Positions 11,782 to 21,217 of a stretch of DNA of 64,000 nt are shown in pieces. This stretch comes from a virus. Made by a program: the position numbers and the translations under genes. Numbering within the stretch: the stretch's first letter is position 1; each line of letters begins with the position of its first letter. Under the pieces are notes generated by a model. It had not been told where the DNA came from and did not search any database. It saw only the letters and a list, made by a program, of their open reading frames with translations. The stretch lies in IMG/VR virus record IMGVR_UViG_3300045988_078326; one strand, written 5' to 3'.

Positions 11782-12239
11782 CTAAAAAAATGATTTGCTT
11801 TGATATGGACGGCACAATCGCTGACCTTTACTCCGTCCCTAACTGGCTCGAAAAACTCTATAATGAAGATCCGTCCCCATATAGAGACGCTAAACCGATG
11901 TGGGACATGGACGCACTCCGGCAGGCTCTCCTAAAGGCCATTGAAAAAGGGTGGGAAGTGCGGGTAATTACATGGCTTGCGGCAAATAGCTCCCCCGAAT
12001 ATAAAAAAGCAGTCACGGCGGCTAAAAAAGAATGGCTTGCAAGGTATAAATTTCCAGCTCATAAATGCCATTGTGTAGCATACGGAACGACTAAAGCCAA
12101 ATGTGTACGCCGCGCCTTCTATGAACCGCCGTTCATCCTCTTTGATGATAATGCCAAAATCCGGGACGGCTGGAATTTAGGGGACGCAATAGACCCACGA
12201 GAAGTAGATATAATTGAATATATCAATAATCTGGACTGA
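11778..12239 (+). CDS. HAD-superfamily 5'(3')-deoxyribonucleotidase-like (NT5C family) protein
   Basis: MICFDMDGTIADL (DxDGT HAD motif I) and overall NT5C-like organisation. Confidence 0.5.
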   Translation: MTKKMICFDMDGTIADLYSVPNWLEKLYNEDPSPYRDAKPMWDMDALRQALLKAIEKGWEVRVITWLAANSSPEYKKAVTAAKKEWLARYKFPAHKCHCVAYGTTKAKCVRRAFYEPPFILFDDNAKIRDGWNLGDAIDPREVDIIEYINNLD

Positions 12240-12291
12240 ATAAGAGGGCGGGGTGAAAATCCCCGCCCCACATAAAAAGGAGCATGAAAAA

Positions 12292-12726
12292 ATGAAAAAG
12301 TCTTTTTACACCGCCTCTGAAATGACCCCGGCCCGCATGGAAGCAATTATCAGCTGTCTGCCTCATGCCTTCGGCTATAATGTGACCTGCGATAAAAACA
12401 AGGTTATTTTTGAGCCTGCGGGCCCCTCAAGGAAAGAGGTTGAAACCGAGTGTAATAGAATTATTACTAATTGGGGCTGGAAAGTCGCTATTGATTTTTC
12501 CAAGCGCACCCATTGTCCTATCGGCGCACAACATTCTTACCGGATTATTACTTGCACCGTCGTAAAAAATAATCGGTGCTATGTGGGAACGGCTATCTTC
12601 AAGGATGAGGACAGGAAAAAAGACCCCGCCTTTTCTGATTCTGTCGGTCAGCTCATCGCTCTGTATCGGGCATTGAATATTAAGAAACTTCCCGATATTG
12701 TAGAAAAATATCTGGAAGATGTATAA
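12292..12726 (+). CDS. hypothetical protein
   Basis: Internal ATG (MKKSFYTASEM) of track ORF 12253..12726 after GGAGCATGAAAAA; upstream hairpin GGGCGGGGTGAAAATCCCCGCCC (12244-12270), also found at 15645-15671. Confidence 0.4.
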   Translation: MKKSFYTASEMTPARMEAIISCLPHAFGYNVTCDKNKVIFEPAGPSRKEVETECNRIITNWGWKVAIDFSKRTHCPIGAQHSYRIITCTVVKNNRCYVGTAIFKDEDRKKDPAFSDSVGQLIALYRALNIKKLPDIVEKYLEDV

Positions 12727-12990
12727 AACCCCTTGACAACTTCATCACCCTGTGGTATAATTTAATCATCAAGAGGGATAACCTCATAAAAGAAAGGAAG
12801 TTTTTACTATGATGAATTTCTACTTCAAGACTGCGGCGGGCCATGTGTTCGTGGGTGTGGGCAAGGATGTTGACCGCGCCCGTTCTGACGCCAAGCGCAA
12901 GGCCGGTTCTCTTTGGTCGCCTTCGGCCAAGTGCTTTAAAGTCGGGAACGCCATTTAAGGCGTTCCCGATAGGAAGGAGATGTTTCAAAA

Positions 12991-13182
12991 ATGCTTGCTT
13001 TTCTCGTTGCCGCCCTTATAGTTCTTGTCACCTGTGTGGTTTCTTTCTTCGGCACGGCCCTGCTGATCTGGCTCATCTGTTGGGCGTTTGCCCTCACCTT
13101 CTCGTGGAAAATCACTTTCGGCATCTGGATTATCATTTGCATCCTTAGGAGCATTTTCAAGACCGTAATTCATAGGGATTAA
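12991..13182 (+). CDS. small hydrophobic membrane protein
   Basis: ORF track; two predicted TM segments; terminator AAAGCGGGGAAAACCCCGCTTTTATTTTTTT at 13186-13216. Confidence 0.4.
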   Translation: MLAFLVAALIVLVTCVVSFFGTALLIWLICWAFALTFSWKITFGIWIIICILRSIFKTVIHRD

Positions 13183-13521
13183 ATAAAAGCGGGGAAAACC
13201 CCGCTTTTATTTTTTTCATAACTTGAGCGGCCCGCGCTTGAACGCCGCGGGCCGCATTTTTTTCTGTTGTGATGTTGCACAATTTTCAAGTGAAAATCTT
13301 GTGCAAAATCCCATCTTGAAGTTATCCCAAAATTATGGTATTATTATCATGTCAGGAGGAAAGGAAAAAGTTCTCCAGAGTAGGGTAAAGAGTCCCTTTT
13401 GTGAGAGAGGTTATCGCGACGCCTTTTTCAACGGAGAAAAAAAAATATAAAATTCCTCTTGACACCAAGCATAAAATATGCTATAATAATACCATCAAGA
13501 GGAGAAAGGACTTGATAGATT

Positions 13522-14346
13522 ATGATTGATAAACGCCGACATTATGTGCTGGTGGTCGATACAGAAACCGCCAACACATTAACCGAGACTGTCCCCGCTG
13601 AAATCGGGGAGGATGGGGAAATCATTACCCCGGAGCGTGTCCGTATGGATATGTCAAATGTTTTGGTGTATGATTGCGGCTGGGCGGTCGTAGACACCAA
13701 GGGCAATATTTATGAAACCGCAAGTTTTGTAAATCGGGACATTTTCAACGATGAACGGGATCTCATGCGGACGGCCTACTATAACTGGAAAATCCCCCGG
13801 TATGTAGAGGAATTGCGGGCTGGCAGTCGCAAGATGGCTACTACCTATGAAATCCGTCAGGCCATGCTGGACACTATCGAGCGGTACGGCATTAAGGAGG
13901 TCGCCGCATATAATGCCCGCTTCGATGATAACGCCCTTCGGGTCACTCAGCGTTGGGTCACTTGTTCCAAATTCCGGTATTGGTTCCCATTTGACAGCGT
14001 GGAAATTTGGGACATTATGAAAATGACGCAAGATGTCATTTGCCAGATGCCCACCTATAAGAAATTCTGTGAGGAACACGGGTATGTGCAGGCTAATGGC
14101 GTTCCCCGCAAGACTGCGGAAATCGTGTGGCGGTTTATCTCCGGCAACACTGATTTTGAGGAAAGCCACACGGGACTGGAAGATGTTCTGATTGAGGCGG
14201 AAATCATGTGGTACTGTATGCGCCAGCATAAGCCCATGAGAAAGGCCCTGTATGAGAACAAGCGGGAGTTTCCGCCCATGACAGATTTTCAGCGTCAGCT
14301 TTCCGCAAGTTTGCGGCAGATTCCGACAATCCGGGTCGGGGCTTAA
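13522..14346 (+). CDS. DEDDh-family 3'-5' exonuclease (DnaQ/RNase T-like)
   Basis: VLVVDTETAN (Exo I D-x-E) ... ESHTGLEDVLIEAEI (Exo III H-x4-D); promoter TTGACA-17-TATAAT at 13455-13495. Confidence 0.55.
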   Translation: MIDKRRHYVLVVDTETANTLTETVPAEIGEDGEIITPERVRMDMSNVLVYDCGWAVVDTKGNIYETASFVNRDIFNDERDLMRTAYYNWKIPRYVEELRAGSRKMATTYEIRQAMLDTIERYGIKEVAAYNARFDDNALRVTQRWVTCSKFRYWFPFDSVEIWDIMKMTQDVICQMPTYKKFCEEHGYVQANGVPRKTAEIVWRFISGNTDFEESHTGLEDVLIEAEIMWYCMRQHKPMRKALYENKREFPPMTDFQRQLSASLRQIPTIRVGA

Positions 14347-14713
14347 TGCCCCGCCCGGTAGAAGGAGAAATAAGAAATGTTTCAGGGATTAAAGAATAAG
14401 GCTATTCGCTTCCTACTTGAGCGGACGTGCCCAGATGTATTTACCATCAAGGCCATGCTTTCCAAGGTAACGCAGAAAGAAATGCAGTTTTATGCCGACC
14501 AGTTCTACTCAAAGAAAGAGGGTTAAATATGAAAATAAAAACTGTATATACCTCTTCCCTTTGTCCAGATGCTGTTTTCATGGCGCTTGAAATTATCAAG
14601 CGTATGGGATGGTGTCATGATGAACCAGATGAAAATGGGGATATGTTGGTATCTATTCCCATTGAGGATGAACACTTGTTTGATTTTTTGGATAATTGTC
14701 TTTTTGGATAAAA

Positions 14714-14745
14714 TAAAGAGAGCTTCGGCTCTCTTTTTATTTTTT
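14714..14745 (+). terminator. rho-independent terminator
   Basis: aaagagagcttcggctctctttttatttttt. Confidence 0.55.
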
Positions 14746-14983
14746 ATTTTTGGCGGGTCGCGCATGGGCGGCGCGACCCGAGTTTTTCTTTGTAAATGTT
14801 GCACAAAAATTTCAGCCCCATTTTGTGTAAAATTCTGCACAAAAGCCCTATCCCAAAATTCTGATTTTTTGTGCAATTTGCCTATTGCAATCTGCTTTCT
14901 GGTATGGTAAAATACATTCAGAAAGTGAGAGAGACGAACGGCAGACAGCGACAGCGAACTTTCAAAAATCTTTCAAAAACCCC

Positions 14984-15190
14984 TTGACAAGCCCTTGTGA
15001 GTGTGCTATAATAAGTACAGAAAACAAGGCAAGGAACCTTGAAAAGTGAATAAAAAGGGCTTGACAAACTCTCCAAAGTGTGTTACACTATAAGGGGAAC
15101 GAGAGAGGGCAAACAAGTAAAGGGCAAAAGTTCTTGAAAAAAGTTTGAAAAACCTCTTGACAAACTCCTAATAGTGTGGTACAATATAAT
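14984..15190 (+). promoter_or_regulatory. three tandem sigma70-like promoters (TTGACA at 14984, 15061, 15157; -10 TATAAT/TACACT/TACAAT) driving ORF 15235
   Basis: cttgacaagcccttgtgagtgtgctataat; cttgacaaactctccaaagtgtgttacactataa; cttgacaaactcctaatagtgtggtacaatataat. Each is preceded by a TTGAAAAA/TTTCAAAAA motif. Confidence 0.5.
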
Positions 15191-15234
15191 CAAAGGACAA
15201 GGACAGTCCTAAAAACCAGAAAGGATGTATCATT

Positions 15235-15636
15235 ATGAGTGAGAAGAAAATCCGCATTACCAAGGCCCAGCGTTTTGAGGACATTAAGGCCCTCTTGACC
15301 GGCGGCGAGGTAAAGCATGGCACGACCATGGAGATTGCCATGACTGTTATCGACCATGAGTTGGAGCTGTTGCGGAAGAAGAATAGCTCCGGGGGAGATA
15401 AGAAGCTGACTCCGACTCAGCAGGAGAACGAGAGCCTTAAGGAGCAGATTATGGAGTATCTTGCCGGTCTGCCCGAGGACACCGACGGCGTGACCTGTAC
15501 CGACATTTTCAAGTCTGTGCCTTCTCTGGCCGCTTTCTCCACTCAGAAGGCCGCCGCCCTTGTGCGGATGCTCAAGCTGGACGGCCGTGTGACCTGTCAG
15601 GAGAAGAAGGGCAAGTCTCTCTTTAAGATGGCGTAA
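15235..15636 (+). CDS. hypothetical protein (apparently highly expressed, triple promoter)
   Basis: ORF track; strong RBS GAAAGGATG. Confidence 0.5.
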   Translation: MSEKKIRITKAQRFEDIKALLTGGEVKHGTTMEIAMTVIDHELELLRKKNSSGGDKKLTPTQQENESLKEQIMEYLAGLPEDTDGVTCTDIFKSVPSLAAFSTQKAAALVRMLKLDGRVTCQEKKGKSLFKMA

Positions 15637-15774
15637 CCCCGTATAGGGCGGGGTGAAAATCCCCGCCCTACTCTATCTTAGGGGGGTGAGACTATATCGA
15701 GCCGTATCACTGACGCCGAGAGGTTATCGAGATATAAGCCTCTCCAACTGACACCAGAGGAGGAGGCGGAGCTA

Positions 15775-16092
15775 TTGGCCTATGACAAGGCGGTGGAAGC
15801 TGGCGAAAAAACGCAATACGATTTATCGCCCGATAAAGCGAAAATCGCGCAGAAATTCGCCCATGCTGGCACAAGAAAAACCCCTACCGCCTACAAATTT
15901 ACACCACGGCAACGCAAGCCAAACGCAACTAAAGGCGGCATAATCGCAGAGCTGGCGGACTTTTTGGAAAAAAATAGTCAATTCTCGATTGTTGACCTTG
16001 CCATAACAAACAAGGAACGCCAAATTGCGTTTTCTATCGGTGGGGATAGTTTCGAGTTAACGCTTGTGCAAAAGCGTAAACCGAAAAAATAA
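15775..16092 (+). CDS. hypothetical basic protein
   Basis: ORF track; terminator GGGGTAGGGCTGGCCTACCCC at 16094-16123. Confidence 0.4.
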   Translation: MAYDKAVEAGEKTQYDLSPDKAKIAQKFAHAGTRKTPTAYKFTPRQRKPNATKGGIIAELADFLEKNSQFSIVDLAITNKERQIAFSIGGDSFELTLVQKRKPKK

Positions 16093-16160
16093 CGGGGTAG
16101 GGCTGGCCTACCCCAGCCCTACCAGAAAAGAGGTATTCCATAGTTAGCACACAGACACGG

Positions 16161-16499
16161 GAAAAGGAGTTTCTATACGTCGGGCATTATGTAGACGTAA
16201 AGGGGCGCTATATTCTCAAGATTGGCACGACAAACGACCTTGAAAGACGTGCCGCCGAGCATACAAGGAATTACAAACGAGCGAGAGACTATACTATGCC
16301 TACGGATAGTGCTTTTTCCTATGATTGGTATATCCGGTTATCTAAGTATAATACCCTTCGATATGAGGACTTGAACCGGACTTTATGGCAAAATATGGGA
16401 ATTGGACATTTTATCAGAAATGACCGTTTTCTCTGTGATACGCCCCCGCGCATGGTAACAGTCATTATCCGCAAGGCATACCCCGTTATTCTGAATTAA
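16161..16499 (+). CDS. T5orf172/GIY-YIG-like domain protein; start codon unclear (no ATG/GTG/TTG in frame after RBS)
   Basis: EFLYVGHYVDVKGRYILKIGTTNDLERRAAEH matches the T5orf172 core (iYv...g.yKIG.T..l.rR). In-frame TAG at 16098 upstream; RBS AAAAGGAG at 16162-16169. Confidence 0.4.
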   Translation, partial: EKEFLYVGHYVDVKGRYILKIGTTNDLERRAAEHTRNYKRARDYTMPTDSAFSYDWYIRLSKYNTLRYEDLNRTLWQNMGIGHFIRNDRFLCDTPPRMVTVIIRKAYPVILN

Positions 16500-16574
16500 G
16501 AAGAACCACCCCAGAAATGGGGTGGTTTTTTTATCCCAATATGCGGGCGGGCCGGTCGCGGGCGACTCGGCCCG

Positions 16575-17250
16575 AATTTCCCCCGATCGGACCATAGCGC
16601 AAAATTTTCATAGCAAGTTGGCCATAACGCAACTCAGTCTAGAATCTCCCGAAATTATATCATAACCCGATCGGTTTTTCTATCTTATTCCGATCGGTCC
16701 AGCAATAGCGGCTTTCTCGTCCATTTTTTATAATAAAAAAATTCAAAATTGTCAAGTGTTCATAAGACTAATATTATCCCCTATACAGCTAACAATAGCA
16801 AAGATGTTGCTATGAAAAACAAATACCACCGAGAGATTTTTCTGCGGTACCGATCGGAATAACGAGATTTTATAATAAAAATAGCTAGAAAATTCTACTT
16901 TTAGCTAGATAAACCGATCGGTCCGCAGGTTTTTCCTCTTGTTTTTCTCTTAATATAGCGAAAATTCTCTAAAAATCTAGCAAAAACGCACATTTTTCTA
17001 ATAAAATTACTTAAAAATTAGCAAAATTTGCCTCATTTTCAGCAAATCTTCTTGATGTTCACCCTTTCTATACTTTTATAGATACAATTAAAAAGACTTA
17101 TTCTCTAGCTAAGAATTTTCTAGTCGATGCCTCAATCAGAGAAGTTATTTTAGAATAAAAGATCTTTAAGCTAGGGCCGATCGGTTGCAATTTATAAAAT
17201 AATATTATATAATATAAATATAAAAGGAAAGAAAAGAGGAATATATTCCA
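16575..17250. repeat. AT-rich non-coding region with 6 copies of the palindrome CCGATCGG and direct repeats (TTTTATAATAAAAA...)
   Basis: CCGATCGG at about 16573, 16669, 16693, 16850, 16915, 17176; AGCTAGAAAATTCTACTTTTAGCTAG palindrome; no ORF in either strand. Confidence 0.5.
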
Positions 17251-17684
17251 TGGATTATACTAATATGATTAAATGTGCTCTTGATGGCGGTGCGTCTCTC
17301 GACGATATTACTGATGCTCTAAATGTCTTTAATAAGCAGAATCAGGTTCGGAAGGCTCGTCAGCAAGCTTTGGATGAAATTGAGTGCGACTTTCTAAATG
17401 CTGTTGATGATGAGCATATCGGACAGCTTGCAGTTCTTATTTATGCTCCTTCTCACCCTGAGTGGGATGCTGATACTATCAATAAATATGCAGAGGCTAT
17501 CACTGAGACTGCCCGAATTGTCGGGATGAATAATATCAATGATGCACTTGCAGCGACAGAGGAAGAGCTTGATAAGATAATTGAGAAGGCGATTCAGGAG
17601 ATGCGAAATGAATCGGTCTCCGTTTCCATCAAGAGCAACAATGATGAAGATGTGGTAGCTAAGTTCTTGAGAGGGCTTAGATAA
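17250..17684 (+). CDS. hypothetical acidic protein
   Basis: ORF track; RBS AAGAGGAATATATTCCATG; followed by terminator at 17680-17717. Confidence 0.45.
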   Translation: MDYTNMIKCALDGGASLDDITDALNVFNKQNQVRKARQQALDEIECDFLNAVDDEHIGQLAVLIYAPSHPEWDADTINKYAEAITETARIVGMNNINDALAATEEELDKIIEKAIQEMRNESVSVSIKSNNDEDVVAKFLRGLR

Positions 17685-17814
17685 AAGAGAGGTAGAGATA
17701 CCTCTCTTTTTTTATTGCTATTAAACAAGAGGAAAGAAGTAGAAGAATCGCGGAAGCCTAGGTTTACGATCGTTTTGACGAGTGTTGTGATGGTTGTACC
17801 TAGACCCGATCGAC

Positions 17815-17905
17815 ACCCAACTCTACTATTTCTCCAATTTTCTCTACTATTCTTCTACTATTTCTCCAATTTTCTCTACTATTCTTCTAATTTTCTCCAA
17901 TTTCA
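17815..17905. repeat. tandem repeat (about 33-bp unit TCTACTATTTCTCCAATTTTCTCTACTATTCTT, about 2.7 copies)
   Basis: Direct reading; track ORFs 17715..18032 and 17794..18045 here are low-complexity artefacts. Confidence 0.5.
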
Positions 17906-18229
17906 CTTATATTCTCCCTATAGTCTATCCACTTTCTTATGGCTTCGCTTCGAATCCTCATATAGATTCAATAATCCCTTTTCCTCTACCTCTATTAATC
18001 TCTCTTACCCTACCCATTACTCTTCTTCTTGACTTTTCCCTTTAATTTTTGATTCGATTTTTCTAAAACCTTCTTCCAGCTTTTCAATTCGATTTTCTAA
18101 ATCATTTGCTCCCATCGTCCCATCTATACTTCCTTGAATATCCTCCCACCTCTGAAAATCTTCCATGGTTATCCTCCCTATCCATCGCTTTCTCACAAAT
18201 ACATGAAAAAGTCGCCGTTGTCTTTTCTT

Positions 18230-18470
18230 TGTTATCTTATATATGTTATATTTATGGTATTGTCAGAATACCATGAAATGGATTTTTATTTACTTTCATA
18301 GTATTGTGAGAAAACCATGTCATAGTATTGTTGGAATACCATGAAATAAATCTTTCAATTAAAATCATAGTATTGTCAGAATACTATGAAATTTCATAGC
18401 TTTCCAACAAATACATGATTTCATAGGTTTCTCACAATACTATGAAATTTCATGGTATTCTCAGAAATAC
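18230..18470. repeat. about 7 iteron-like imperfect 27-bp repeats (CATAGTATTGTCAGAATACCATGAAAT; inner inverted repeat GGTATT-N5-AATACC)
   Basis: Direct reading; located immediately 3' of the minus-strand winged-helix gene. Confidence 0.5.
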
Positions 18471-18477
18471 ATGAAAA

Positions 18478-18867
18478 TTAAAACGAAAATTTTTCTCCGT
18501 TAGGAGCGACATAATTATATTTATCCTCGTCAATAATTTTAGGAACTTCGTAAAAATCGTAATACCCCTTCTTCTCAAGAGGAATCAAATACCCTTTTTC
18601 TACCAATCCTTCTATTGCATTTGTATATTTAGCTCTCTTTATACCTAACTCCTTCTCGATAATGGTAGGACCAAAATCATAATCTGTCAACTTCTCTGAC
18701 TAACTAGCAAAAAATATCCATAAAGAAAACTCACCATCACTAAGTTCTCTTCTCGCCGCAAATAAAGCATCCTTATTAATTCTAGCATATATATTATTAG
18801 TATTACAAGGCTCTTTATGAATATGACTTACTGTTCGCTAATTAGGACTTCTTCTTTTGTCTGCCAT
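18478..18867 (-). CDS. winged-helix DNA-binding protein (putative replication initiator/repressor), 2 in-frame TAG
   Basis: Track ORF 18478..18690 (IIEKELGIKRAKYTNAIEGLVEKGYL HTH) extends upstream through TAGs to ATG at about 18867 (MADKRRSPN(TAG)RTVSH...). Confidence 0.45.
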
Positions 18868-19084
18868 GGCAATCATCCTCCAATAGCGAACTTTGTCCCT
18901 TATATTTCTCAATCGCTTCTCTTAATTCCTAAGTATCTTCAAAAAGATAAACATTTAACCAAGGTTTCTAAGCATTTGGTGCTGTTCCAACAACCTTAAA
19001 TCCCAACTCACATAGCTTTCTAGCTAACTTCAAAGTAAAAACCTTATAATTATTAGTCATTTTGTTTTCGTCTCCTTTAGTCGT

Positions 19085-19228
19085 TCGAATGGTTTTCTAT
19101 ATATTCTTTTACTGCTTTTCTAATTACTTGCGACATAGTTAAATCTCTATCCTTCGCAAACTCTTCTAAAGTCTTTTTTTCTTCCTCTGTTAATCTAACA
19201 GAAACAGTCGAATAATTCATATTATCAC
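19085..19228 (-). CDS. ribbon-helix-helix (CopG/Arc-like) protein
   Basis: Minus-strand MNYSTVSVRLTEEEKKTLEEFAKDRDLTMSQVIRKAVKEYIENHSND after RBS GGTGATAAT; typical RHH pattern. Confidence 0.45.
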
Positions 19229-19423
19229 CTCTCTACTATATTTCACTTTTATTATACCATAATTTTTCCGCTTTGTCCTAAAATTTGTTAAACTTTTTTC
19301 TAAAAAAATAAACAATATAACAACTGCGGACTGGCAATTTTCTTGCCTAAAATTTTCCCGCATCCATGAGAAATTATGACGATTCGTTGTATGCCCTCCC
19401 GCATTTGAAATTGTATATTTTAT

Positions 19424-19942
19424 ATGGTATTATATTTATATATAAAGGAGGTTAATGTAATGCTACCTATTATTCTACCTATTGCTTTCTGTATTATGCT
19501 GCTCATCTTTTTGCTCGCAGGTTGTGACAGCATTATCGAGTATATAGTATGCTCACTCTTTTCCATGTTTGGCTCTATATTTCTAACATTTCTATCACTC
19601 GTAGTATGCGTATTCATCATTGAATGTGCAAACCCCGAAACCTATTCAGCAGAAACTATCGCAACCTATGATATTATCGCACTAAGTGATAACTTTAGTT
19701 CAGAAGATGGACTTTGCTATTCGTTCCTATATCAAACGGATAAAGGCATCACTTCAAAGTCTATTAAAGCAGATAAAACTTACATTCAAGAAACTTCCGA
19801 CGCTCCATATGCAACAGAAAACACTGTCCGCTTTAAAAATCCCGTCCTAAATGTTTTGTTTGGCTCTTGGTCTACAGAATATAATATCTATATTCCAGAA
19901 GGGTCATTTATCCAAGATGGATATGGCATTAGCCTTGAGTAA
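19424..19942 (+). CDS. membrane/lipoprotein-like protein
   Basis: ORF track; N-terminal TM segments and LAGC lipobox-like motif; terminator at 19946-19978. Confidence 0.45.
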   Translation: MVLYLYIKEVNVMLPIILPIAFCIMLLIFLLAGCDSIIEYIVCSLFSMFGSIFLTFLSLVVCVFIIECANPETYSAETIATYDIIALSDNFSSEDGLCYSFLYQTDKGITSKSIKADKTYIQETSDAPYATENTVRFKNPVLNVLFGSWSTEYNIYIPEGSFIQDGYGISLE

Positions 19943-20027
19943 ATAAAGACTCCCTTTTAAGGGAGTCTTTATTTTTTTATAAAAATATTATATAATATAT
20001 ATAGAAAGTAAGAAAGGAAGTAAAGTC

Positions 20028-20465
20028 ATGGAGATTAGTAAGCTAGTTGAGACAAAAGGATATAAGAACTCTACTGTAAAAATTTGTGAGTTCCTCGATT
20101 TTTCTGACACTGATCAGCTCAAAAGAGCTAAATTCTTTGCTATCCAAGAAACTTATAGTCCTATCCCGGTTCTCGGAATTAGTATAAATAATGGAGATCC
20201 GACTTGGCGGCTATGCGAAGTAAATAATGATGTGGATGAACTTTACTCTGTTGATAAAGGATATAAAATTTGTCTCAAAGTTTGCAACGAGCACGGAGGC
20301 AATATCTATTATCAAAGTGACTTTCTTTCTTTGCTGAAAAGTGGGCATATTATTTATTGCCCCGATGAAAGTAAATATGAAATCAAACACATTACTTGCG
20401 CAGAAAAGATCTCTGATGGAGCCATTCTAATTCACGAATTCGACTCTATAGAGAAGAGGAAATAA
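20028..20465 (+). CDS. hypothetical protein
   Basis: ORF track; conserved leader ...TATAATATATATAGAAAGTAAGAAAGGAAG upstream. Confidence 0.45.
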   Translation: MEISKLVETKGYKNSTVKICEFLDFSDTDQLKRAKFFAIQETYSPIPVLGISINNGDPTWRLCEVNNDVDELYSVDKGYKICLKVCNEHGGNIYYQSDFLSLLKSGHIIYCPDESKYEIKHITCAEKISDGAILIHEFDSIEKRK

Positions 20466-20669
20466 ATATGTCATTTCTTATCTATACAGGCTCCTTCGAG
20501 TTAGCGGCAAGAGAACTTGCTAAAACCCCAGAAGCGCAAGATGACTTTGACCTACAAGCTAAGATCTGCCGCAAATATGGAATTTTCCTAGAAAATATAA
20601 CTGATGATGAAGTTGAAATGTTATTCCGCATGGTTGAAGAATTTGCTAATTAAGAAAGGAAGAAATAAC

Positions 20670-21215
20670 ATGATTGGTGAAACTATTACTGTAAATGGAG
20701 TAAAGTGCCTCGTTCTTGACGAAATTAATGGTAATCCCTTCGTGATTGCCCTTGAGGTAGAAATTTATTCTGTTTTTGGAGACTCCAATAACTATAAAGA
20801 GAGTGGTTCGCGGAAGACCATTGAGTCTTGGTTTAAAAATACCGGTATCAAGGCTATCGCCCGTGATGTCGATCTCACCGCAATGGATGGATATAAAGGG
20901 TACGGCACACTAAATACTACTGTCGCGCCCCTTACTTTCGATGAATACCGAAAGTACAATCATATTCTGACTCCTCATATCAAGAATTCGTTCTGGTTGG
21001 TTACCCCTTGGGGAAGTCCCGAAAAGGATAATTGGGCCTCGAACTACGTTTGCTTTGTCGGCTCCGATGGGTCTGCGGACTACATTCACTACATCTACAG
21101 CTATGGGCTCGCGCCGGCTTTCATCCTCGACAAAAACCAGTATTTTAACAAGTCTCTTAGTGATTTCACCAATGAGGAATTGATTGCCGAGCTTAACAAG
21201 AGATTGAAGGTGTAA
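20670..21215 (+). CDS. hypothetical protein
   Basis: ATG after GAAAGGAAGAAATAACATG inside track ORF 20604..21215. Confidence 0.45.
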   Translation: MIGETITVNGVKCLVLDEINGNPFVIALEVEIYSVFGDSNNYKESGSRKTIESWFKNTGIKAIARDVDLTAMDGYKGYGTLNTTVAPLTFDEYRKYNHILTPHIKNSFWLVTPWGSPEKDNWASNYVCFVGSDGSADYIHYIYSYGLAPAFILDKNQYFNKSLSDFTNEELIAELNKRLKV

Positions 21216-21217
21216 TT

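Noticed and set aside
13654-14229. 191-aa minus-strand ORF
   Set aside because: Antisense to the DEDDh exonuclease gene; shadow ORF in a GC-rich region.
17715-18045. ORFs 17715..18032 and 17794..18045
   Set aside because: Low-complexity translations of a tandem-repeat region; no RBS.
18230-18470. Possible CRISPR array
   Set aside because: Repeats are degenerate, contiguous without unique spacers, and contain an internal palindrome typical of iterons; no cas genes.
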